Positions 43,599 to 53,667 of a stretch of 64,000 bases of DNA are shown piece by piece. The notes beneath the pieces are model-generated. The model was given only the letters and a program-made list of their open reading frames with translations, had not been told where the DNA came from and searched no databases. The translations under genes and the position numbers were made by a program. Numbering within the stretch: position 1 is the stretch's first letter; each line of letters opens with the position of its first letter. Source of the DNA: an uncultured virus (IMG/VR IMGVR_UViG_3300037234_000698) (lineage: Duplodnaviria > Heunggongvirae > Uroviricota > Caudoviricetes); the IMG/VR virus record IMGVR_UViG_3300037234_000698; one strand, given 5' to 3'.

Positions 43599-44231
43599 TC
43601 AGCCCTCCAGTCCTTCGAGGTCGTCCTCTAGTTCGTCGAGCGCGTCGGGCGCGCCGCTGGCCAGGATCTCGGCCGCCGAGGTCGTGCCCACGTTGACCAC
43701 CTCGCCGACGTCGGGCTCGACCGCGGCCTCGGCGTCCTCGGGCTTGATACTCGTCTTTGCGGCGGCATCGAAGTCGGGATCATCCTTCTCCTCGCCGTTC
43801 TTCTTCTCGTCGTCTTCGAGGGTGACCTCGTTGACGGCGTCGCCGACGATAGACGAGCCCTGGCGGTAGGCCATGATCAGCTCGGAGATCCGCTTCTTGC
43901 CGACCTCGTCCCCGCTCGCCTCGCTGGCCTTTTCGAGCTCGAGGCAGATGAGCTTACCGGCCTCGAACACGCCGAGGATCATCGCGGCGAGCTCGGGGTG
44001 AATCGCGGACTCCTCGCGCTCGATCAGCATGTCGAGTCCTTCGCCGATGTCGGCGACCTCTTCGAGCACCTCTTCGCGGATCGCCTCGACCAGTCCGTCG
44101 AGCCACGGCCACACGTTCTCCGCGAGCTCGACCTGGAGTACCTTGCCGGCCTCGCCCAGCTTCGAGTAGTCGCTTCTCAGGATCCGCTCGCGGTGGATCT
44201 GCACGTCAGCTTTCAGTTCCGCTAGTCCCAT
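43599..44231 (-). CDS. acidic helical protein
   Basis: GGAG RBS; E/D-rich. Confidence 0.75.
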   Translation of the reverse strand: MGLAELKADVQIHRERILRSDYSKLGEAGKVLQVELAENVWPWLDGLVEAIREEVLEEVADIGEGLDMLIEREESAIHPELAAMILGVFEAGKLICLELEKASEASGDEVGKKRISELIMAYRQGSSIVGDAVNEVTLEDDEKKNGEEKDDPDFDAAAKTSIKPEDAEAAVEPDVGEVVNVGTTSAAEILASGAPDALDELEDDLEGLEG

Positions 44232-44715
44232 CTTCTATCTCCTCGTCGTCGATGTCGTCGATGCCTGCAATGCTCGGCAGCTCTTCTACTGGCCGATGAT
44301 CGGGGTGGCGCCGGTAGTGGCGCTCCCGTCGCTTCTCCCGCTTGCGCACCTCGCGAGGCGAGAGGGGATCCCACCTGGAGCAGTCGAAAGCGCAATCCTC
44401 GGTGAGCTCCGTCTCGGTTCCCGGGTGCGCGATGCAGGAGCGGTTGATCTGGCGCGGCTCGCGGACGCCGAGCTCTTCCCACGTTCCGGCCGGGTTGCCC
44501 GCTCCCATCCACGTCACCAGCTCCCAGTAATGCCGACACGGCCCGCGAAGGCAGATCATGTTGCGCGGCGTGGCCGCGGGCACCGGAGTGGGCGGCCCCA
44601 CGCCGGTCGCAACCAGCCCGCCGTCTGGCGCTACCGGCGGCAGCGGCGCGGGCTCGATGTCCTGGTACTGGTCCTTCGGCGACTTGCGGCGCTCGCCCCC
44701 ATCGTTTTTCTGCAA
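44206..44715 (-). CDS. Cys-containing hypothetical protein; first gene of the leftward operon
   Basis: GGAGGA RBS then TTG at 44715; CLRGPCRHYW, RSC, DCSRW. Confidence 0.7.
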   Translation of the reverse strand: MQKNDGGERRKSPKDQYQDIEPAPLPPVAPDGGLVATGVGPPTPVPAATPRNMICLRGPCRHYWELVTWMGAGNPAGTWEELGVREPRQINRSCIAHPGTETELTEDCAFDCSRWDPLSPREVRKREKRRERHYRRHPDHRPVEELPSIAGIDDIDDEEIEDGTSGTES

Positions 44716-44784
44716 AGCAATCCTCCGGAGAGAGCTTCGAGGCAGCTGAGAGGGCAGATGAGAGGCGCCGAGGCGCGAGAGCAC

Positions 44785-45348
44785 ACTAGCACGAGATTCC
44801 GACTGAGCTCCAGCTCGGTTCCAATGGCATTACTGTGGGGTTCCCCGGGGTTTAGGAGCGGCGAAACGGTGAACGGTCGCGCGAACGCTCGACGGCCGCC
44901 GAGCTGTCGCCGACACCCCTGGACCCGTTTGGCATTCGGACTCGGGCCGATCCCCGGTCGAGCTCGAAGCCGCCGGCCGGTGTCGATGATAGACCGCTCC
45001 GGATTGCCGCGCGGTTTCGGTCGGCCGCCCCGGTGGACGGCGCGCCCTGGCGCCCTGGGATGGCCGAAACATCGATAGCCGCCCCGGTCGCACCTCCTCC
45101 CACCCGCACCTACACCCGCGTTGCCACTGGCAACCTGTCAGTCCCCCCCGGTCGCGTGGTGAATTTTTCACAGGTGTGGCGGAGATTAAACAGGGGGACA
45201 CCCACCTACACCCGGTCAAGCCCCCGAAATCCCACGGATTGGCCCCGGTCGAGGCCCCGGCACACTGGCTGCATAACCACTGGATTTCAGTTTTTTACCC
45301 GGTCGAAACCGGGCGCGCGGGGGACACCGCGCGGGGAGAACCACCGAC
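44785..45348. promoter_or_regulatory. divergent non-coding control region (candidate origin/partition/promoter region)
   Basis: Strand switch; seven CCCGGTCG-like repeats, palindromes, A/T tracts. Confidence 0.65.
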
Positions 45349-46138
45349 ATGGGCGACACCGACCGACAGCGACCGACCGACGCGGGCCACCTGGCCCACT
45401 GCGCCGACGGCCACCCCCGGGCGCGACGCAGCCGCGAGGCCTTCGACCGCTTCGTGGTGGCCGCGCGCGACTGGGCCGACCTGGCGCTGCGCATCGGCGA
45501 GTGCCCGCACTGCGAGTCCACCATTGTACGGGCCATCGAGCCCGCGGGAGGCGACCGATGAGCAGCACCCATACCTTTCTGACTGACGGGATCACCCGGT
45601 GCGCGGCGTGCGGCGACCCCGCCCACGCCAGCGAAACCGACGACTACGATCACTGCGAGGCGTGCCGCGCCGGTCTGGAGCGCTTCCGTGCAAGCGCGAG
45701 AGCCGGCTCGGTGGACGACGACAAGCCGGGGTGGACGTACGAGGGCGGGGCGTGGCTACTGGACACCGAAGACGGCACCGGCAACGTCTTGCTGGTGCTC
45801 GGCAATCAGCAGTGGATCCTCCCCCGCGACGAGGCCGAGGCCCGCCTGTACGACTGGGCCGTCTCGGAAGGGGTGGCGTCGTGACCAACAAGAACATCAC
45901 CCCGCGGCGGTGCGTGTATCCCGACTGCCGGAACACCGCACGCACCCGCGGACTCTGCCACGGCCACTACCAGATCATGCGCGACCGCGTTCGCAAGGGC
46001 GTGGCCGATGAGAGCGACCTCGAACGCCGCGGGCTGCTGCTGCCGAAGGGCACCGGCGGCTCGCCGGTCAACACAGTGAAGGACAGCGAAGGGCGCGACC
46101 CGTTCGCGAAGGGCTCGACGGTCATAGGCCAGAAGTGA
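45349..46138 (+). CDS. three small coupled Cys-rich ORFs (45349-45561, 45558-45884, 45881-46138)
   Basis: ATGA/GTGA overlaps; CxxC motifs; the last has C..PDC......RGLC..HY. Confidence 0.6.
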
Positions 46139-46198
46139 TGACCACCAACCTCAACACCGTGCAAGGCCGCGAGGCCGACCCACATCGGAGAACACTCG

Positions 46199-46951
46199 AT
46201 GAAAGCACTCGACCTTTTCTGCGGCGCCGGCGGCTCCGCAATGGGCCTGCACCGCGCAGGATTTGACGTGATCGGGATCGACATCAACCCAGACCTCAAC
46301 TACCCCTTCCCGTGGGTGGCCGCGGACGCCATGCCGCTCCTCAAGCGCATGGCGCGCGAAGGCCTCGGCGTTCTGCGCGAGTATGGCCTCGACCCGGACG
46401 GCATCTCGCTGATCTGGGCGAGCCCCCCTTGCCAGTCGTTCAGCGCCTACCGTCGCAAGGATCCGAAGCGCATCGGCGCCCAGGCGAAAGACCTGATCGC
46501 CCAGGTGCGCGGGTACCTGGAGCGCATCGGGCTCCCGTACATCATCGAGAACGTCGAGGCGGCTCCGCTGAAAGACGCGATCCGCCTCTGCGGCTCCAGC
46601 TTCGGGCTCGACGTTCGCCGGCACCGGCTGTTCGAGTGTTCGTTCCCCGTCGAGGCGCCGCCCTGCGATCACGCGCTGCACGTAGCGCGGGGCAAGCGGT
46701 TCCCAGGGGCGACCAACCGGCCGGCCGGCCGCTACACCTGTGAGATCGGCGTCTACCGGATCCCGCTGGCGATTCAGCGCGAAGTCATGGGCATCGACTG
46801 GATGACTCTCAAGGAGCTGTCGCAGGCGATCCCGCCAGCCTACAGCGAGTATCTGGCCGAGGAGTTCAAGGCGTGGGTGGCCGAGGAGTTCAAGGCAATC
46901 GTGGCCGAGAAGTCGGCCGCTCAACTGGACCTGTTTGGAGGAGCGCAATGA
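46199..46951 (+). CDS. short phage-type C5 cytosine methyltransferase
   Basis: DLFCGAGG, WASPPCQ, IIENV, RRHRLFE, MGIDWM..KELSQAIPPAY. Confidence 0.88.
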   Translation: MKALDLFCGAGGSAMGLHRAGFDVIGIDINPDLNYPFPWVAADAMPLLKRMAREGLGVLREYGLDPDGISLIWASPPCQSFSAYRRKDPKRIGAQAKDLIAQVRGYLERIGLPYIIENVEAAPLKDAIRLCGSSFGLDVRRHRLFECSFPVEAPPCDHALHVARGKRFPGATNRPAGRYTCEIGVYRIPLAIQREVMGIDWMTLKELSQAIPPAYSEYLAEEFKAWVAEEFKAIVAEKSAAQLDLFGGAQ

Positions 46952-47874
46952 AAGCTATCGACCTGTTCGCCGGGTGGGGCGGGTTCACCGAGGGCGCGAC
47001 CGCTGCCGGCGTCGATGTGGTGTGGGCGTCCAACCACTGGCCGCTCGCGGTGGCCGCTCACCGGCTCAACCACCCCGACACGATCCACACCTGTCAGGAT
47101 CTGCAGCAGGCCAACTGGTCGCTGCTCCCCTCCTACGATCTCCTGCTCGCGTCGCCGGCTTGCCAGGGGCACGCCCAGGCGGCTCAGCCCGCACGCAAGG
47201 CCGACGCCAGCATCCGGGCGCGCCACGACGATCTCAGGGCCACGGCGTGGGCCGTGGTCAGCTGCGCGGACGCGACCCGGCCCGAGGCCCTCGTGGTCGA
47301 GAACGTGGTCGACTTCCGCCGGTGGGAACTCTATCCGGTGTGGCGGCTGGCGCTCGAAACCATCGGCTACCACTTGCAGGAGCTGGAGCTGACCGCCAGC
47401 TGGCACGGCGTCCCCCAGCGGCGCAAGCGGCTGTTCGTGGTCGGCACCCGCCAGCCCGTCGAGGCCATCACGCTGCCCAGGACGCGGCGCGAGGCGGCCT
47501 TCGGCCCGTGCATCGACTGGTCGGCCGGTGAGTGGCGGCCCATCTGCAAGGCCTCCCAGCGCGTCAGGGAGCGCATGGCCAAGGGACGCCGCAACTGTGG
47601 CCGGCGCTTCTTGAGCCAGCACGTCAGCAACCACCCCGGCGTCGCGCTCGACGAGCCGATCCGGACGATCACCACGAAGGATCAGTGGTGCGCGGTGGAC
47701 GGCCCGAACTACCGGCCGCTCACGATCAGGGAGTATGCGCGGGGCATGGGGTTCCGCGACGACTACGGATGGCCCACGGGCGTGTCGCGCAGCGATGCGA
47801 TCAAGGGGCTTGGCAACGCGGTCTGCCCGCCGATGGTGGCGCAGCTCATTGAACGGGTCGCGGACGCGACCTGA
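46948..47874 (+). CDS. C5 cytosine DNA methyltransferase
   Basis: DLFAGWGG, ASPACQ, VENV, GVPQRRKRLF, LGNAVCP. Confidence 0.9.
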   Translation: MKAIDLFAGWGGFTEGATAAGVDVVWASNHWPLAVAAHRLNHPDTIHTCQDLQQANWSLLPSYDLLLASPACQGHAQAAQPARKADASIRARHDDLRATAWAVVSCADATRPEALVVENVVDFRRWELYPVWRLALETIGYHLQELELTASWHGVPQRRKRLFVVGTRQPVEAITLPRTRREAAFGPCIDWSAGEWRPICKASQRVRERMAKGRRNCGRRFLSQHVSNHPGVALDEPIRTITTKDQWCAVDGPNYRPLTIREYARGMGFRDDYGWPTGVSRSDAIKGLGNAVCPPMVAQLIERVADAT

Positions 47875-47887
47875 AAGGGACAGGGAC

Positions 47888-48394
47888 ATGGGAATCACAC
47901 TCAACCGTACCACCCGCGAATCGGGCAGCTGCTACGCGGCGGCGCTCGTCGAGGCCTGCCAGACGGCCGGCGTCGCCGATCCCGTCAAGGTGCTCACCGA
48001 CACCGACGACTACCCGCAGGTAGTCCGCGACGTCGCCATGGCCGAATTTCTGGTCGGCTGGTTCCACGGCGTCGCCGACAGCCTCGGCCTGCAGATCGAG
48101 GCGCTCTGGGAAGCCGTCGCCCCGGCGGCCGAGCCCCCGAAGCCGCGCAAGAAGGCGTCGGCGAAGCGCAAGCCGCGCGCGAAGGCGAAGCCGAAGGCCC
48201 CGGCGCCCACGCCCGCCCCGGCGCCCGAGCCCGCCCCGGTGGCGAAGGCCCCGGCGAAGGCCCCCCAGACGGACGCCCAGGCGGTCAGCGAGGCCATGAA
48301 GGGCGCGCCCGAGGATGTGGCGGCCCGCGCGAAGGCGGCCATCGAGGCGCTCAGAGCGCGCCGCAACGAGGCCCAGGCGGGAGCGGTGACATGA
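47888..48394 (+). CDS. hypothetical protein with K/A/P-rich linker
   Basis: RBS plus ATG at 47888. Confidence 0.65.
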   Translation: MGITLNRTTRESGSCYAAALVEACQTAGVADPVKVLTDTDDYPQVVRDVAMAEFLVGWFHGVADSLGLQIEALWEAVAPAAEPPKPRKKASAKRKPRAKAKPKAPAPTPAPAPEPAPVAKAPAKAPQTDAQAVSEAMKGAPEDVAARAKAAIEALRARRNEAQAGAVT

Positions 48395-48578
48395 CGCGCG
48401 ATGACATCGACGGGTTGGTCGAATCGTGGCACAACGGCAACCGCTCGACGGTAGTGGACGACCTACTCGCCGAGGCCGATCCCGCCGCGGTGGCGCTGGC
48501 GACCGGCCGGCTGCTGGCGTGCTTGCTGCCGGACGAGCAGGACACGCTCCTGCGGCTCCTGTCGCTTCGGGTGACGTC

Positions 48579-48839
48579 ATGAAGCGCAGCGGTGACGTGA
48601 CCAGGGCCGACGTGCTACGCGCCATCGCCGAGTGCGACGAGCGCGGCGTCGAGGCCTTCCTGACCGAGCATGGCTACCGCCAGTCGCTCAAGTACAAGCT
48701 GGTCCTCGGCGGCCAGGAGTACCCCTCGAAGGCGATCTTGGGGGTCGCCTCGGGGCGCGAGGCCAAGCAGTTCTCGGGCGGCGCGGCTCACACCGTCCGC
48801 GCGCTGGCGAAGCTCGGCTTCGAGGTCATCAGCAAGTGA
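48579..48839 (+). CDS. stand-alone domain resembling the N-terminal head domain of ScoMcrA-type restriction enzymes
   Basis: VTRADVLRAIAECD..G...FL..HGY.....Y.L..GG..YPSKAILGVA...FSGG...V..L..LGF.V. Confidence 0.65.
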   Translation: MKRSGDVTRADVLRAIAECDERGVEAFLTEHGYRQSLKYKLVLGGQEYPSKAILGVASGREAKQFSGGAAHTVRALAKLGFEVISK

Positions 48840-49741
48840 CCTGCCCGGCCGACCTCGTCGCGCTGCTCGACGGCGTGCCCTTCCCGATCCCGGCGCCCCC
48901 GGCTCCGGGCCTTCCCCTCGACCCCGCGGCCTACTTCGCGAGCGGGTGTCAGCGGGGGGAGGTCCGCGGGTTCGCGGCAATCGGCCACGACGTGGGCGTC
49001 GAGGCCGGGCGGTGCAACGCGGACGTCGAGGCCGAGCTCGGCGAGCTGGCCGGCACCGACATTCAGGCCTTCATCGACTCGGGCGCCTACGGCGAGTTCA
49101 CCGCGAAGCTGCGCGGCGAGTCGGCGCCGGTCAACTGGCCGCGAGTGATCGCGCTCTACAAGCGGGTGGGCGCGGTGCTCGGCGACCAGCTGCACGTCGT
49201 CGCCCCCGATTGCATCGGCGACCAGATCGAAACCATGCGGCGGCTCGAAGAGTACGCCGACGACATGAGGGAGCTTGACGCGATGGGCGTCAGGATCCTG
49301 ATGCCGGTCCAGCGCGGCGCGCTCAGCCAGGCCGAGTTCTTCGCGCTCACCGTCGAGGTGCTCGGCTTCGAGCCGACCCCGGCGATCCCGTGCAAGGCGG
49401 CGGCGACCAGCGTGCAAGAGGTCGCCGACTTCGTGCGCGAGATCCAGCCGGCGACCGTTCACATGCTCGGGCTCGGCCCTCGTCGGCACGAGGCGCCGGC
49501 CTACCTCGAAGCGGTCGCCAGCGCGTGCGACTGGACCGAGGTCACCATGGACAGCTGCCTGTCGGCCGCGCACGCCGGCAAGACCAACGGCCCAGGCGGC
49601 GGCCCCAGGCGGCTGACCGCGGCGGCCCAGATCGTCAACGAGCTAGCGGCCGACGGTCACATCGACAGCGACACCCAGACCCGCAAGGCGGCCGGCGTAA
49701 TCCTCGGCCTTAGAGGCATCGGCCGACGGGATACAGCATGA
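48836..49741 (+). CDS. TGT-fold (queuine tRNA-ribosyltransferase/DpdA-like) transglycosylase
   Basis: GTGA overlap start; FIDSGAY, APDCIGD..ET, MPVQ, VHMLG, TMDS. Confidence 0.65.
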   Translation: MTCPADLVALLDGVPFPIPAPPAPGLPLDPAAYFASGCQRGEVRGFAAIGHDVGVEAGRCNADVEAELGELAGTDIQAFIDSGAYGEFTAKLRGESAPVNWPRVIALYKRVGAVLGDQLHVVAPDCIGDQIETMRRLEEYADDMRELDAMGVRILMPVQRGALSQAEFFALTVEVLGFEPTPAIPCKAAATSVQEVADFVREIQPATVHMLGLGPRRHEAPAYLEAVASACDWTEVTMDSCLSAAHAGKTNGPGGGPRRLTAAAQIVNELAADGHIDSDTQTRKAAGVILGLRGIGRRDTA

Positions 49742-50553
49742 TCACTGACAGAGTCCAACGCAGCCGCGAGCGGCGCCAGTCGTGGCGCCCAGCCGGCGAG
49801 CCCTTCGAGCCCGGCCGCCATGAGGTCGCCGAGATCGCCGGCGAGGGCGCCGACAACCTGTGCCGCGCGTTCGTGGTCAGGCATCACTACGCCGCGACCT
49901 ACCCGGCCGCCAGGCGGCGCTTCGGGTTGTTCCGCGACGCTGGCGAGCTCGTCGGAGTCGCCGTGTTCTCGATGCCATGGCAGCGCAGCCTCGACCGCAT
50001 TAGCTGTCCTTGGGACAACCGCGACGTGCTGGAGCTGTCGCGCTTCGTGCTGCTCGACCACGTCGAGGGCAACGGCGAGTCGTGGTTCCTGGCGCGGTGC
50101 TTCGAGCTGCTCTGGCGCAAGGGCGACGGCTTCGCCGGCGTGCTCTCCTACAGCGACCCGCAGCAGCGCACCGGCGCCGACGGCGCGCTGGTATTCCCCG
50201 GCCACATCGGCACGATCTACCAGGCGCACAACGCGATCTACCTCGGCCGCGCGAGCAAGCGGACCCTGCACATTTTCGACGACGGCGGCGTGTTCAGCGA
50301 GCGCGACATGAGCAAGATCCGCAGCGGCGAGCGCGGCCAGGACTACGCTATCCAGCTGCTCGTGGACCGCGGCGCCGAGCGCCCCGGCCCGGCCGCCAAC
50401 ATGAAGCAGTGGCTCGGCGCCTGGCGCCAGTCGCTCTGCCGCCCGCTCCGTCACCCCGGCAACCACACCTATCTGTGGGCGCTCCACCGGAACCTGAAAC
50501 GCTACCTGCCCGCCGGGCAGGCCTACCCCAAAGCCACCTTCGAGGTGGCGTAG
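49738..50553 (+). CDS. Mom-like (GNAT-fold) adenine-modification protein
   Basis: FV.RHHY, LELSRFVLLD...NGESWFLAR, SYSDP, GHIGTIYQAHN. Confidence 0.8.
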   Translation: MITDRVQRSRERRQSWRPAGEPFEPGRHEVAEIAGEGADNLCRAFVVRHHYAATYPAARRRFGLFRDAGELVGVAVFSMPWQRSLDRISCPWDNRDVLELSRFVLLDHVEGNGESWFLARCFELLWRKGDGFAGVLSYSDPQQRTGADGALVFPGHIGTIYQAHNAIYLGRASKRTLHIFDDGGVFSERDMSKIRSGERGQDYAIQLLVDRGAERPGPAANMKQWLGAWRQSLCRPLRHPGNHTYLWALHRNLKRYLPAGQAYPKATFEVA

Positions 50554-50567
50554 CAAAGGACAACGAC

Positions 50568-52745
50568 ATGGGACACACGAAAAACAATCCGAACACCCGC
50601 AACGGCCTGCCCCTCACCATCCTGCCGAAGGGCGACCGCCGCCGCATGAGCGACGGGAAAAACGCCTGGAGGAAAATGTCCCCCGAGCAGCGCCGCGACT
50701 TCAGGGCGTGGCAGGACTCCGAGGGCCTCAAGGTCGCCGGGGAGGAGAACTAACATGGACACTATCTACAGAGTCACCAGGGCGCGCGGCTCAAACCAGG
50801 GATACCTCGAAGAGCACGGGCGCGACGTGCTGTACGTCGGCTACGACCACGCGGTGGCGCTCCACGCCTACGTCGAGTCGGAGGCCAAGGACCACCACGG
50901 CCAGCCGGGCGACAGCTACACCCAAACCCGATGGGAGCGCGCAAGCGTCGAGGACGGGTGTCACCCCAACGACCTCGACTGGGCCATCGCTTCGGAGGAA
51001 AACTGACGTGGCGCACCTACCGAAACCGACCGTTCACGACTCGGCCACCTACTGGCAAGCGTACCACCTCGGAGGCGAGGGCCGCACGCGCGCTAAGGGC
51101 GGCTACATCTGCTACGCGCCCGGTTGCCCCGGCAACTCGGCCAACTACCACCCCGGGTGGGGAGGCACGGAGCGCGAGGCGCTGCTGGCGGCCTGCTACT
51201 GGAGCAACCAGGCGGCGTGTGTCCGCGTGGTGCCCGTCGGCCGCGCTCCCCAGTGGGCCATCGAGCAAGCAGAGGAGGGCTGACATGAAGCTCGCAACCA
51301 TCACCGTCACCACCGCCGAGGTTGAGCTCCCCGAGAAGTGCCCCGAGTGCGGGGAGTGCCTGCTCCGGCACCACCGGCATGGCCCCTCGGTTCGAGTGTC
51401 GCTTCTCTCCGACGTCGAGCGCGTGGGGGCCATCGACCAGAACGGCGGCGTGATCTACATCGACGCCGGCGACCCCGACACCGACGGCGGCATGACCGAC
51501 GCGCCCTACATGGTGCAGTGCCAGGCGTGCGGCCACGTCCTGGCCGGCGACATCCCCCAGGTGGACTGTGGCTAGCAGGTCGAAGCCGCAGCCGCGCATC
51601 GCGGTCAAGGTCGGGCAGGTCTACCAAGCACCCCGCCCTGGCCTCCCTGCGCGGTACGTGAAGATCGCCCGCATCACGAAGGGCGACCAGCCGAAGGCGC
51701 GCTACTTCGAGGTCGCCCGCGGCTCGCACGTCCGCAAGGGGCCGCGCCGGATCGTCGGCAGCGTCCGGTGGGAGAACAACCGGCCGACCAAAACCTACGT
51801 GGCGAACACCACGCCTCACTATCTGCAATGGGACTGCTCCATTGCCGCGTTCGTCATGGGCGCCGGCTTCGAGCTCGTGGACTGAAAGGACTGACATGCC
51901 GGATTGTATCGAGTGCGGACAGGACTACTGGATCAAAAAAGCCGACATCGATAAACCCGCGGGCTCGTGCCCCGGCTGCCAGGTGAAGGCGATCAACGCC
52001 ACGACCACGCCGGTCTGGCCCTTCACCGCCGACGACGGAACGGTCTGGGGCCAGGTGCTCGCGGACTGCCCCCTCTGCGGGACCGTGGTGGAAGTGCAGG
52101 AGGGCTGGGTTGCGCCCGCACACCCGACACCCCAGGGAACGAAGGTCTGCGCCGGCACCGGCCGCGCGCCTCGCAGATACGAAAAGGTCCGCTTCGAGGT
52201 CGAGGCGCGCCACTACCACAAGACGCACGGCACCCCCAAGCGCAGCCACCACAAGAAAGGGCAGTGACATGAGCTGGGATGAAATCGAAGGAACGCTGGC
52301 CGAGGTCACCGCGCGGCTCACGAGGGCCGCCCTGGCGCACCACGTAATCGAGAACGCGCCGGTTGACCGTCGCCTGGTTGGCCACGACGACGACGCGGTA
52401 GCCGAGCACCGGATCTGGTGGGTCGCCGAGGTGGACGCCGGCGAGTGCGGCACCGACCGGCTGATCATGGTCGCCCAGCTGCGCGAGTTCGCGGGCGGCC
52501 CGTTCGCCTACAACCTCATGCAAGAGGGCATGGGGCCGTGGTGCATCGACTGCCCCCAGGAGCTGCTCGACCTGGCGCCTACCGCTCCAACCGGGAGCGG
52601 CTACGAGCACGCGGCCGAGTGGCGCGACCGGGTCAAATGCCACAACGAAGCCATGGCGCAAATGCGAGAGGCGGTCGAGAAGCGTCGCCTCGAGCGAAAC
52701 CGGCGCGAGCGGGAACGCTGCGCAGCGAAAAGGAGAAACCGATGA
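50568..52745 (+). CDS. run of small hypothetical ORFs (50568-50753, 50755-51006, 51008-51283, 51285-51575, 51568-51885, 51896-52267, 52269-52745)
   Basis: Tightly packed, most with a visible RBS; several zinc ribbons; the last has a M.EGMGP...DCP..LL...WR motif. Confidence 0.6.
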
Positions 52746-53599
52746 CCGAGACGCGACCCTACGGAGAGCTCAAGCTCACCAGCGAAGACTTCCAGAACCC
52801 CCGCATCCTCAACCGCAGCGGTCTATCCAAGAAAGACTTGCGCGAGCTCGCGTTGGATATTGCCCGCCGCGGGCTGCTCTATCCGCTTCTCGTCGATGCC
52901 GACGGCCTGATCATCGGCGGCCAGCGCCGCTACCTGGCCATCGGCCTGATCCTGACCGAGGAAGGGTGCCTTCTCGGCCACGTCGATGAGCACGACGCCT
53001 ACGCCCTGGCCGCCCGCTGCCGCGAATTCCAGCGCGACGGGATCCCGGTGCGCCGCATCGAGGGCGACCTCGACGCCGCCGCCACCGCCCTGGCCGATAA
53101 CCTCCACCGGGCCGACCTGTCGAGCTTCGAGGTCGCCGAGCGCCTGGCCGCGTTCAACAGCGACGAGGGCGGCCCGACCGGGGCCGAGCTCGCCCGGCGA
53201 ATCGGCAAATCGAAGACCTACGTCAGCCGGATGCTGAAGGCCTGGCGCGGCGCCTCCCCGGCGCTGAAACGCGCCTGGAGCGCCGGTACCATCGCCTACG
53301 ACACGGTCAAACAGATCGCCGAGCTGCCGACGGCCGAGCAGCCAGCGGCCGTAGCGAGGGCCGAGAGGGCGCTGGAGCGGGCCAAGCCCGGCCCGAAGGG
53401 ATCGCACGGCCGCCCAGGGGTCGCCGCGCTCAAGGCCGCGCACGAGCGGCTCGTGGACCTTTGCGACCGCGACGACGATCACGGGCTGCCCGAGGACTAC
53501 CTCGTGGGCGTCCGCGACGCCCTGGACTTCGCCACCGGGGGCAAACCCCACGCCGATCTGGCGGTCCTGATAGGCCAGGCCGCCCCGTCACCAGAATAG
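52742..53599 (+). CDS. ParB/Spo0J-family protein
   Basis: L.ELA.DI...GLL.PLLV....IIGGQRR..A; DNLHRADLS; ELARRIGKS..YVSR HTH. Confidence 0.85.
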   Translation: MTETRPYGELKLTSEDFQNPRILNRSGLSKKDLRELALDIARRGLLYPLLVDADGLIIGGQRRYLAIGLILTEEGCLLGHVDEHDAYALAARCREFQRDGIPVRRIEGDLDAAATALADNLHRADLSSFEVAERLAAFNSDEGGPTGAELARRIGKSKTYVSRMLKAWRGASPALKRAWSAGTIAYDTVKQIAELPTAEQPAAVARAERALERAKPGPKGSHGRPGVAALKAAHERLVDLCDRDDDHGLPEDYLVGVRDALDFATGGKPHADLAVLIGQAAPSPE

Positions 53600-53667
53600 A
53601 GGGAGAAAGGTCGACGAAGGTCGACAGTCTAGGGCACCCCGCCCCGTCTACTAACCAGAGGGACAAC

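Noticed and set aside
46853..46900. Duplicated TGGCCGAGGAGTTCAAGGC (AEEFKA x2)
   Set aside because: A small in-frame duplication in a non-catalytic tail with no evidence of function.
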